This document shows positions 27,061-38,410 of a DNA stretch of 64,000 nt, in pieces. The notes beneath the pieces were generated by a model that saw only the letters and a list, made by a program, of their open reading frames with translations, made no database searches and was not told the origin of the DNA. Source of the stretch: Obrimoposthia wandeli (taxonomy: Eukaryota); NCBI GenBank assembly GCA_977020255.1, contig CDROCS010002508.1, forward strand, positions 620,001 to 684,000. The letters are read 5' to 3'. The stretch's first letter is position 1. The number at the start of each line of letters is the position of its first letter. A program made the translations under genes and the position numbers.

Positions 27061-28829
27061 AGTATACATTCAAGTGAATGCAAATACGAGTAAGAGTTTC
27101 AGCAAGTAAATATAAAAGTCTGAAATAGTGACAGTATAAGTGACAGTGAAAATAAGAGTGTCGATAGTTTGATTGAATGAGAGTGTAATTTAGACTAGAA
27201 ATAAATTAAAATAGAGTTTTAGTATGAATAAAGTTATGTTAAGTTACAGTTAGATTAATAACAAGTAAGCAACTATAGGAAGCAGTGATATTGAAGTATG
27301 TTAAAAATTAGAACGACTAAGTTATGGCAAGATTAATAGAAAACAACACCAAATTTGACAGTATGAATGAAAATTAGTAAAATATTAATGTATTTGAATG
27401 TAATTGAAAGATAGTTTGAATAAATTACAGTTAGATTGAATGTAAATGAATGCAAGTATGATTGAATGCAGGGTCAAGTACAAGTAAGAAAGAATACGCA
27501 ATATGCAAGTACGAATGCCAATTATGAATGAAAATTAGTAAATATATTAATGAATTTGAATAATTAAAATGTCTTATCTCGTTTGATAAAATTCCTAATT
27601 GAAATATTTTTAAAAAAATTAGTTAAATTTAAATTCTTTATTTTTAAATAACTTGATTATACAATTATATTCGGAAATATAATTGAAATTATCATTATTC
27701 GTTTCTCTTTTTAACTATTCGAAACTGTTTTTATATATACAAATTTAGTAAATTAACTCAACAAACAATTTTATTTTTAATTACTTGATATTTTTACCAT
27801 TGTCTTATTAATATAATATGAATATTCAATTTATTTCTTCAAAAATTCATTTTATATGTTAAATAATTTTTCTTTACCACATTATTGTGGTTTTTATCAA
27901 GTGATTTTAACCTCAAACTATAAAAATATTTTAATTATAAAGTTAGTAGCTGTACTACGCCCACTGCATATAACATAAATTTCAAATATAAAGTACTATT
28001 AAATGTATTCTTTCAAATAGTAAATGTTTTTTCGAGTTATTTCATTTTGTTTACTAAACATTTGAAAATTGACTTGTAAACATAATATATTTTTTTGTTG
28101 TTGTTGCATATTTTCAGTTTAATATGTTGTAAGTTATTCGAACTTGTGTACTTGTACAAAATTTGTAGATATTTCAATAATTAAAAGCGATATAAAAGTT
28201 AATTATCAAATAATAAATAAAAAATAGTTAAATTAAATCTAATTTATGATATTGCAATGCTAAATTCTTCTTTAAAACCAATGTTTAACATGAAATACTT
28301 AAAATCAATGGGTTTTTTTTTTAAAAGTAACTTTATTTAAAACGTATAGGTATATGATTGATATAATACAATACTAAACTAATGTAAATTTCAGTTATGA
28401 GTTGTTCAACTATGAATATTTTTAACTTATTTCTTGATTTTTACAACATTTCGAATAGTTTACTTAATAATCATAATATTAATGATTTGTACATTTATCA
28501 CTTACTGAATACGATTGGTTATATTATAATTCAATAGTTTCTTTATTGTAGGTTATAATAGTTTACTGTTGTTTACACTTTCTGGTAAGTAATTTTGGTA
28601 TTAATTGTTTTTAAACTAGATTAACTTCGTATAACCTCATTTTTTTATCTTAAACTAAAATACATTTTAATATCCTTTTATTATATTAATTTATTTTGCT
28701 CAAGTATTTTAAACATTAAATGTTATATAAAAGTTTAATAAAAGTTAATCATTGAATACAAGAACACAAATTCTAATAACTTAAAACGTATTAAAGTAAA
28801 TATATGCATAAATATATTATGTTTACAAG

Positions 28830-30595
28830 TAAATTTATAGTAAACGACAGTAAACTATGAATTACTTTTTATGTAATGAAATATTACAGTATTAACTTAC
28901 AATATATTAAATTGAAAATATGCAAATTATATTATGTTTACAAGTTAATTTATTGATCAAATCATTAAAATTATGATTAATAAGTAAATTACTTGAAGTT
29001 TTGGTTGTAAATTATATTAAAGTAATAACTTACAACATTTTAAACTGAATATATACAACAACAAATAAATATTGTAGTTTACAAGTAAATTAATTGAAGT
29101 TTTTGTTGTAAATTATATTAAAGTAATAACTTACAACATATTAAATTGAAAATATACCAAAATAAATTATGTTTACAAGTCAATTTATTGATCAAATCAT
29201 TAAAATTATGATTAATAAGTAAATTACTTGAAGTTTTGGTTGTAAATTATATTAAAGTAATAACTTACAACATTTTAAACTGAATATATACAACAACAAA
29301 TAAATATTGTAGTTTACAAGTAAATTACTTGAAGTTTTTGTTGTAAATTATATTAAAGTAATACCTTACAACATATTAAATTGAAAATATATCAAAATAA
29401 ATTATGTTTACAAATCAATTTATTGTACAAAACATTAAATTTATGTTTAATAAGTAAACTACTTGAAGTTTTTGTTGAAAATTATATTAAAGTAATAACT
29501 TACAACATATTAAAGTGAATATATGCATAAATATATTATGTTTACAAGTAAATTAATTGAAGTTTTTGTTGTAAATTATATTAAAGTAATAACTTACAAC
29601 ATATTAAATTAAAAATATACCAAAATAAATTATGTTTACAAGTCAATTTATTGATCAAATCATTAAAATTATGATTAATAAGTAAATTACTTGAAGTTTT
29701 GGTTGTAAATTATATTAAAGTAATAACTTACAACATTTTAAACTGAATATATACAACAACAAATAAATATTGTAGTTTACAAGTAAATTACTTGAAGTTT
29801 TTGTTGTAAATTATATTAAAGTAATAACTTACAACATATTAAATTGAAAATATATCAAAATAAATTATGTTTACAAATCAATTTATTGTACAAAACATTA
29901 AATTTATGTTTAATAAGTAAACTACTTGAAGTTTTTGTTGAAAATTATATTAAATTAATAACTTACAACATATTAAAGTGAATATATGCATAAATATATT
30001 ATGTTTACAAGTCAATTTATTGTAAACGATAGTAAACTATCAATTACTTTTTATGTAATGTAATATTATAGTAATAACTTACAATATATTAAATTGAAAA
30101 TATGCAAATTATATTATGTTTACAATTCAATTTATTGAACAAATCATTAAAATTATGATTAATAAGTAAATTACTTGAAGTTTTGGTTGTAAATTATATT
30201 AAAGTAATAACTTACAACATTTTAAACTGAATATATACAACAACAAATAAATATTGTAGTTTACAAGTAAATTAATTGAAGTTTTTGTTGTAAATTATAT
30301 TAAAGTAATAACTTACAACATATTAAATTGAAAATATACCAAAATAAATTATGTTTACAAGTCAATTTATTGTACAAAACATTAAACTTATGTTTAATAA
30401 GTAAACTACTTGAAGTTTTTGTTGAAAATTATATTAAATTAATAACTTACAACATATTAAAGTGAATATATGCATAAATATATTATGTTTACAAGTCAAT
30501 TTATTGTAAACGATAGTAAACTATCAATTACTTTTTATATAATGTAATATTATAGTAATAACTTACAATATATTAAATTGAAAATATGTTAAAAG
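28830..30595. repeat. Very AT-rich higher-order tandem array (subunits of about 70-80 bp)
   Basis: Recurrent ttatgtttacaagt and gaagtttt.gttgtaaattatattaaagtaataacttacaacat blocks. No ORFs. Confidence 0.85.
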
Positions 30596-30631
30596 TCCAA
30601 AAACTTGCAAACAACTTTTATTCAATATATA

Positions 30632-30850
30632 TCAGGATCAATTTAATAATTTTTAAATTTTTTGTAACTGTAAATTTCTCGTTTCGAATAAATCAGGATC
30701 AATTTAATAATTTTTAAATTTTCTGTAACTGTAAATTTCTCGTTTCGAATAAATCAGGATCAATTTAATAATTTTTAAATTTTCTGTAACTGTAAATTTC
30801 TCGTTTCGAATAAATCAGGATCAATTTAATAATTTTTAAATTTTCTGTAA
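30632..30850. repeat. 60-bp tandem repeat, about 3.6 copies, cut by the LTR
   Basis: tcaggatcaatttaataatttttaaattttctgtaactgtaaatttctcgtttcgaataaa three times, plus a partial copy. Confidence 0.9.
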
Positions 30851-30860
30851 GATTGATAAT

Positions 30861-31644
30861 TGTTAATAATAATTTTTGTTACTGAATCAGATTCTCTAAT
30901 ACAAGCTATTTATATCCAATTGGTAAATATCAAAATCCAGTAAGAGACACATGAAATAACAAAAACGCTGCCCACTACTGGAAGCGCGAAATCATGCCCA
31001 CATGCCAATCGATTATAGCGCATCTGGGAATAGGTAGAAAACGATCACACTTGCAAACTGCCCATCTGTCCGCAAGAATCGTATCTGGACAGAGAGGAAA
31101 ATAGATTTGTATAAAATACACACACATACACAAAACTGAGAGTAGGTGAGTGAGTACAGAGAATAAGTGAGTGAGTACAGAGAATAAGTGAGCGATTGAG
31201 TGAGTAGTGAGAGTGAATGAGTGAGTTGAGTGATGTGTTAATGTTGAGTGAGTGTGTGTGTGTGTGAATGGTGCACTTGCGCACACTAACACCACATGTC
31301 GACGATATTCGTCGGCACATGAAAGGGGGAATCTTTCCCTCTTTTCCCTGGCTTTATTATTGTTATCTCTGGCTTCGCGGAATCCACCGCGAAGTTAGAG
31401 ATAACAAACCATCTCCCTGATGAACCCGGCAGGGCGAAACGGGCTTTTTTCCCGTCGGAGATTGATCACTCTTGAGACTAAAATGCCAAAGTGCACAATT
31501 TTAAAAATCGGAACTTTTCCCTAATTAAGGAAAGTTCCCAATTAATTTTTAATTAATTAATTCCCTTTTTTCTTTTATTTCTTTAAAAATTTTATATTTT
31601 TATTTTTCTTTTTTAAAACAATTATTTAATATATTTTCCCAACA
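30861..31644 (-). repeat. 3' LTR (784 bp, TGTT...AACA)
   Basis: The minus strand starts TGTTGGGAA at 31644 after a weak purine tract (GGAGGA) and ends ATTATTAACA at 30861, where the 60-bp repeat is interrupted. The TGTTGGGAA start is shared with the 50086 copy. No partner LTR is available to confirm the boundaries. Confidence 0.65.
31411..31462 (+). ncRNA. Type I hammerhead ribozyme (intact core), antisense to the retroelement
   Basis: Stem I ATCTCC/GGAGAT; core CTGATGA (31417-31423); stem II CCC-GGCA-GGG with an A.C 10.1-11.1 pair; GAAA; stem III ACGGG-CTTTTTT-CCCGT; GTC triplet with predicted cut after 31456. Confidence 0.88.
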
Positions 31645-32000
31645 ATCCTCCGGGTCATAAAAGTCTCTGTCCTCAGAATCATAATTTATATCTTAATTAT
31701 TAGTTAAACTATTTTGTCTTGTTTCTATTGTTACCTAGTGTTGTTTGTATGTTACAACTGATCAATGTTTTATTAATCACAATCATGTCTGGTTAAATAT
31801 CGTTAAAAATTTAGACAAGAATGAAAACAGAAATAAAATAATAACAATACTACCTTAATCCAACAAAATCGGGGAGTTTTGTGTACCGGACTCCGAGTTT
31901 CCGGTCTTATGCGAGAACGATGAACTGGGGTTGTTCTCGCAAGATGGTGGATTCATCACCTCGGTCAAATCAAACTCTCTAATCAACATTTCCTCCTTCA

Positions 32001-33020
32001 TTATGAAAATTTTTCGGGTGTGATTTGCATCTTTTTAGTGTGGACTCCTTTTTGTGTTTCTATATTTAAGTATTTCCGCACCATGTTGGCGAGTCCAATA
32101 TTTGGGTGATTGTGATTTAGTTCTGATTTTATGCTTTTGGATATTCCTAAATCAACAATGTTGAATAACATCCATTTCTGTAGGCGTAAAGCTTTTAAAT
32201 CATTTGTTAGTCCCACACCTACGATGATGTTTCCATACACAATGTTTTTTACTTCCTCAATTACTTCATCAGCATCTCTACATCCTTGTAACTTTCTATC
32301 CGACAGTCCAGTTATTCTAGTAACGTAATTTCTTACTCTGTCTCTAGTTACGCACAGTGTATCTATAATTACGTTACCTATGTAATTTATAATAGAAACA
32401 CTTGCTAACACTGGCTGTTTATCTACTGATATCACCATTTCGCAATTGAGGAATAAAATTGCTGGTTTCTGTGCGTTTTTTAATTCAAAAAGGGCTATTT
32501 GTTGAGGTTCTTCTGCTTTTCTTATTTTTTCTATAAATAATAGATTTGGTCCTCTTCCTAATTTTATGCTATATTGATTTTCTAATTGAGCTGCTTGTAA
32601 GGTGTAGGTGTGATTTCCTATCATCAGAAAGTTTAATGTCTTATCTGATTTGGTTTTTAAATGGGCTACTCCTAGTACCACGTGAATATCTATTTTTTCA
32701 CAATTAATGTTGGGGAATATTTCACTGAGAGCCATATGGGTTGGTCTTTTTTCATTGGAAAAAATAAGTGCGCTAGTTCTTTCTTCTGTGGTAATTTTTA
32801 ACTTATTAGGAAGAAATGTTTGATTTGAAAACATTTTTCTTCCTCCGTTGTTTCTAAAGTATGCACTGCTAAACTGACGCATCTTTTGATACAAGAATTT
32901 TGCTAAAAACCACCTTTCTGGCATATTTTCCGTTTTTCCTCTTTCTATTTTTGCTGTGCTTTTTGTTTGATCTGACCGAGTGAGCTGGTCTGGAGTCGTA
33001 TCCAGGTGATTGTTATCCAT
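32001..33020 (-). CDS. Retroelement accessory ORF (339 aa) with a C-terminal DEDDh 3'-5' exonuclease domain (REX4/ISG20-like)
   Basis: LNCEMV..., LASVSIINYIGNVIIDT, YVTRITGL, IIVGVGLTNDLKAL and IQ/TQKGVH-type motifs of the REX4/ISG20 family. The first Asp appears as Asn. Confidence 0.75.
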   Translation of the reverse strand: MDNNHLDTTPDQLTRSDQTKSTAKIERGKTENMPERWFLAKFLYQKMRQFSSAYFRNNGGRKMFSNQTFLPNKLKITTEERTSALIFSNEKRPTHMALSEIFPNINCEKIDIHVVLGVAHLKTKSDKTLNFLMIGNHTYTLQAAQLENQYSIKLGRGPNLLFIEKIRKAEEPQQIALFELKNAQKPAILFLNCEMVISVDKQPVLASVSIINYIGNVIIDTLCVTRDRVRNYVTRITGLSDRKLQGCRDADEVIEEVKNIVYGNIIVGVGLTNDLKALRLQKWMLFNIVDLGISKSIKSELNHNHPNIGLANMVRKYLNIETQKGVHTKKMQITPEKFS

Positions 33021-33187
33021 TCTGCTTTAATAGATTTGTTAGTTGAATAAAATAATATAATTATTTCACAGTCTTAAAGTTATAAAAATATCAGTCTTAT
33101 CCATGCAGTATGTGGGATTTGTCATGAAAATAAACTTATTAACAAAAGTTAGACAATTTGTACAAAAGAAGGATGTATGATTATAGT

Positions 33188-33583
33188 TTAACCAGAATTT
33201 TGTTCACCAATGTTTATATCCGAGTCATATCCATCATCAAGTGTTGTATTAGTTGGGATAGTAGGATTAATGGTCAAATAAAAGTTTATCATGTCGCTAT
33301 AGGTCATCATTTGTCTTCTTAATGAGGCTATAGTTGATCGTTGACTTAAAGTTTGTTGTATTAAATTGTCTATTCTGCCAAAACTATGTGCCAATCTCCC
33401 TTCTAGTTCGTCAATTGTTAAATCATTATTCAATTTTTCTTCCACACTTTGTTTTATTAACTGTTTCAGTGATTCATTTTGAGTTGTGATCTTTATATAG
33501 TAGTCGTCATGCTGTCTGGAAACATCTCGAATCTTTTTCTCTAATTTTTTGCATTTTTTACAAGTTTTTGCCAATCTGTTCAT
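33188..33583 (-). CDS. Retroelement accessory ORF (131 aa), coiled-coil-like, unknown function
   Basis: Intact ATG-stop ORF co-oriented with pol. CKKC motif followed by a heptad-like region. Confidence 0.5.
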   Translation of the reverse strand: MNRLAKTCKKCKKLEKKIRDVSRQHDDYYIKITTQNESLKQLIKQSVEEKLNNDLTIDELEGRLAHSFGRIDNLIQQTLSQRSTIASLRRQMMTYSDMINFYLTINPTIPTNTTLDDGYDSDINIGEQNSG

Positions 33584-33756
33584 TTTTATATCTAAAAATA
33601 ACCATTATTAAATTTCAGGATGCGTTTCCTGGTGATTTTATTTTAATATTATTTCATTAAATCGTCTTTAAAAATATATATATATCAAATTTTTATTCTA
33701 TTTCCTAATTAATTTAGATTTACATAATAGTACTAACATTTTTTGTTACTTAAACG

Positions 33757-36700
33757 GTTTTATCCAAAAAGATTTGATTATTGTGTTATATTTCTTTTTC
33801 TATTTTCTATTACAGTATTTATGGATAATTCTGAAGAATTATCATCCTTGGGAATAATATAAATAGTAAAAGGACCTGGGGGCCCACAAAAGTGTTTTCG
33901 TTGTTTTGTTTCTATCCTTTTTGTATGTTTCAAAATTAACATTTTCCATGATATTTGATTTATAAATGTAATTATTTCGATTACTATAACTATTATTATA
34001 AGTTCTTCTTTATTTTCATTCTTTGAATGTTCTTGTTTACTATAGTGCATTTTTAAACTTTCATTAAATGATTTATAGGATATTATTTCTGTTGTTTTTA
34101 ATTTTAATTTAATTCTTATTTTTTCCGTAATTTCAACTTGATTTGTAACTCTGTAAATTTTTGATGTAAATGTTGTGGTATGTAGCAATTGTTTTGTGGT
34201 TATATTTTTAACATATTTCTTAATTTTTACTGTTGACCAACGACCACAAAAAATTGTAGGTTGATATAGTTTGGATATCTTATTTCCTAAAATTGTTAAT
34301 TTTGTTAGATTTTTATAACTTTCAAACTTTTGACTCCATTGTCTGTACATTATTGGTTTATTAGTGATTACGCATTCTCTATTGTCTATTATTATTTTCT
34401 CTGGATATCTTATGTTTTCTATGGTTAAATTTGTTTTAGTTTGTGTATTTTTTAATTGTTTTTCTGAGTCTTTCCAAAAATTAGCATTGTGTCCTCTATA
34501 TCTAATTCTAATGAGGGCTTTATCTAAGTCATCTATTTTTAGTTGAAATTCCCATTTTATCATTATTTTATGTTTTGATATATATTTTGCTGTTGTTTTT
34601 AATATTGATGCTAGGTATATGTGAGTTTCTATAATTCTTTCATAGAGTGTTATATTTTTTAATTTCGACTTAATTCTTATTTTATATTGTGTTTCTGTTC
34701 TTAAAAATGGTATTGTATATTTTTGTGATTTTATTCCTGAAATAACTATATTTTGTTTTCAATCTGTTTGTGTGATTTGCACATTTCCTGTTTTGTTTGT
34801 AAGAAGAGAAATTTTTAACTTTATTGATGTGATTTCAGGTATTATTGTTATTAATCCAAAATTTTTTATGAGATGAGTTGTTGAGTCGAATTTATTTGTT
34901 TGTTGTTGTATGATTGATTGATTGTCATTTATGTTTGTTGCGTTTACTTTCAGTAGGTTATATTTTATTATAAAATATATTATCAATAACATCATTATTT
35001 TACCAATTTCTTTTATTGATATTTTTATTGAATTTCTGGTTTGATGACTCAAAATAGTTTTGTTTTGTTTTTGTGAGTTTTTTATTGTCAACATTTGTAG
35101 AACTGTATTATCATTAGTTGATCTTAAGTTATATTTGTGACTTTTTACTTTTGTATTCTCCTCAGGTATTTCTCGACATCTGTTTATATGTGCTCTTATT
35201 TCTTTTGATTTTGGTTCATTATCTAGTTTAGCTGTTATGTTGGTTCCGTTGGTACTAATGACTGTATATGGTCCTTTGTATGGTTTTGATAATTTGTGAG
35301 ACAATCCTACATTAATTTGTGGATTGTGAATCATCACTTTACTTCCGCTTTTTATATTTGATGGCTTAGTTCTTCTATCATAATATTCTTTGTAATTTTC
35401 TTGTATGTTTTTTACAAATAGTTTAGCTTTTTCGAATGCTAGTTTTATTCTTTCTCTAATTTCTATTTTATATTCAGGTATTTCTAAATATTGTGTAGTA
35501 GGTTGTAGTAATGTTAGGTCAATAGGCATTTGAGGATCTCTGAGGAACATAAGATAAAAAGGTGTTTCTCCTGTGGATGCATGTACTGATGTTCTATATG
35601 CAAAAAGGCATGAGGTATGTGTAAATCCCAATCTGTTTGATTGTTGTTTGTGTATGATGCCATCATATCTTCGAGGGTTCTATTAAATCTTTCTACTAAC
35701 CCGTCAGTTTGAGGGTGATATGGTGTTGTATTGATCTTTTTTATGTGAAAAATTTCAGCTATTGACGCTAATACATTATTTATAAATTCAGGACCTTTGT
35801 CGGTTAATAATTTTCGGGGTGCACCGAAAGTAAAAATAATTTTTTTGACTAAAACCTTCGCGATGGTTTCAGCCTTATGATCATGTGTTGGAAAAGCCTC
35901 TGGCCATCTTGTAAAATAATCAGAAAATACTATTATATATCGATTTCCTCGGGGTGTTTCAGGTAATGGTCCCATTACATCCATGGCAACAGTTTCCATG
36001 GGGGCTGATGGATAAGGTATTGGCTTTAAAGGTATTTTTGTGGTACGTAAAGTATTTTTCCGTTTAAGACATATTTCACATGTTTTATCCAAAAAAGATT
36101 TGATTATTGTGTTATATTTCTTTTTCTATTTTCTATTACAGTATTTATGGATAATTCTGAAGAATTATCATCCTTGGGAATAATATAAATAGTAAAAGGA
36201 CCTGGGGGCCCACAAAAGTGTTTTCGTTGTTTTGTTTCTATCCTTTTTGTATGTTTCAAAATTAACATTTTCCATGATATTTGATTTATAAATGTAATTA
36301 TTTCGATTACTATAACTATTATTATAAGTTCTTCTTTATTTTCATTCTTTGAATGTTCTTGTTTACTATAGTGCATTTTTAAACTTTCATTAAATGATTT
36401 ATAGGATATTATTTCTGTTGTTTTTAATTTTAATTTAATTCTTATTTTTTCCGTAATTTCAACTTGATTTGTAACTCTGTAAATTTTTGATGTAAATGTT
36501 GTGGTATGTAGCAATTGTTTTGTGGTTATATTTTTAACATATTTCTTAATTTTTACTGTTGACCAACGACCACAAAAAATTGTAGGTTGATATAGTTTGG
36601 ATATCTTATTTCCTAAAATTGTTAATTTTGTTAGATTTTTATAACTTTCAAACTTTTGACTCTATTGTCTGTACATTATTGGTTTATTAGTGATTACGCA

Positions 36701-38410
36701 TTCTCTATTGTCTATTATTATTTTCTCTGGATATCTTATGTTTTCTATGGTTAAATTTGTTTTAGTTTGTGTATTTTTTAATTGTTTTTCTGAGTCTTTC
36801 CAAAAATTAGCATTGTGTCCTCTATATCTAATTCTAATGAGGGCTTTATCTAAGTCATCTATTTTTAGTTGAAATTCCCATTTTATCATTATTTTATGTT
36901 TTGATATATATTTTGCTGTTGTTTTTAATATTGATGCTAGGTATATGTGAGTTTCTATAATTCTTTCATAGAGTGTTATATTTTTTAATTTCGACTTAAT
37001 TCTTATTTTATATTGTGTTTCTGTTCTTAAAAATGGTATTGTATATTTTTGTGATTTTATTCCTGAAATAACTATATTTTGTTTTCAATCTGTTTGTGTG
37101 ATTTGCACATTTCCTGTTTTGTTTGTAAGAAGAGAAATTTTTAACTTTATTGATGTGATTTCAGGTATTATTGTTATTAATCCAAAATTTTTTATGAGAT
37201 GAGTTGTTGAGTCGAATTTATTTGTTTGTTGTTGTATGATTGATTGATTGTCATTTATGTTTGTTGCGTTTACTTTCAGTAGGTTATATTTTATTATAAA
37301 ATATATTATCAATAACATCATTATTTTACCAATTTCTTTTATTGATATTTTTATTGAATTTCTGGTTTGATGACTCAAAATAGTTTTGTTTTGTTTTTGT
37401 GAGTTTTTTATTGTCAACATTTGTAGAACTGTATTATCATTAGTTGATCTTAAGTTATATTTGTGACTTTTTACTTTTGTATTCTCCTCAGGTATTTCTC
37501 GACATCTGTTTATATGTGCTCTTATTTCTTTTGATTTTGGTTCATTATCTAGTTTAGCTGTTATGTTGGTTCCGTTGGTACTAATGACTGTATATGGTCC
37601 TTTGTATGGTTTTGATAATTTGTGAGACAATCCTACATTAATTTGTGGATTGTGAATCATCACTTTACTTCCGCTTTTTATATTTGATGGCTTAGTTCTT
37701 CTATCATAATATTCTTTGTAATTTTCTTGTATGTTTTTACAAATAGTTTAGCTTTTTCGAATGCTAGTTTTATTCTTTCTCTAATTTCTATTTTATATTC
37801 AGGTATTTCTAAATATTGTGTAGTAGGTTGTAGTAATGTTAGGTCAATAGGCATTTGAGGATCTCTGAGGAACATAAGATAAAAAGGTGTTTCTCCTGTG
37901 GATGCATGTACTGATGTTCTATATGCAAAAAGGCATGAGGTATGTAAATCCCAATCTGTTTGATTGTTGTTTGTGTATGATGCCATCATATCTTCGAGGG
38001 TTCTATTAAATCTTTCTACTAACCCGTCAGTTTGAGGGTGATATGGTGTTGTATTGATCTTTTTTATGTGAAAAATTTCAGCTATTGACGCTAATACATT
38101 ATTTATAAATTCAGGACCTTTGTCGGTTAATAATTTTCGGGGTGCACCGAAAGTAAAAATAATTTTTTTGACTAAAACCTTCGCGATGGTTTCAGCCTTA
38201 TGATCATGTGTTGGAAAAGCCTCTGGCCATCTTGTAAAATAATCAGAAAATACTATTATATATCGATTTCCTCGGGGTGTTTCAGGTAATGGTCCCATTA
38301 CATCCATGGCAACAGTTTCCATGGGGGCTGATGGATAAGGTATTGGCTTTAAAGGTATTTTTGTGGTACGTAAAGTATTTTTCCGTTTAAGACATATTTC
38401 ACATGTTTTA
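33757..38410. repeat. Direct tandem duplication of about 2325 bp (integrase plus FN3-like ORF)
   Basis: GTTTTA microhomology at 33757, 36082 and 38405. The copies differ only by a few homopolymer/dinucleotide indels and rare substitutions. Confidence 0.92.
33778..34995 (-). CDS. Putative FN3-like type I membrane protein downstream of integrase (one frameshift near 34760); second copy at 36104-37321
   Basis: Signal-like MMLLIIYFIIKYNLLKVNA, YTIPFLRTETQYKIRIKS (FN3 F-strand-like), IMIKWEF...RIRYRG...W, C-terminal hydrophobic ELIIIVIVIEIITFI. Confidence 0.5.

Noticed and set aside
30975-31320. ORFs rich in H/T/S/L
   Set aside because: Translations of CACT/CA microsatellites in the LTR.
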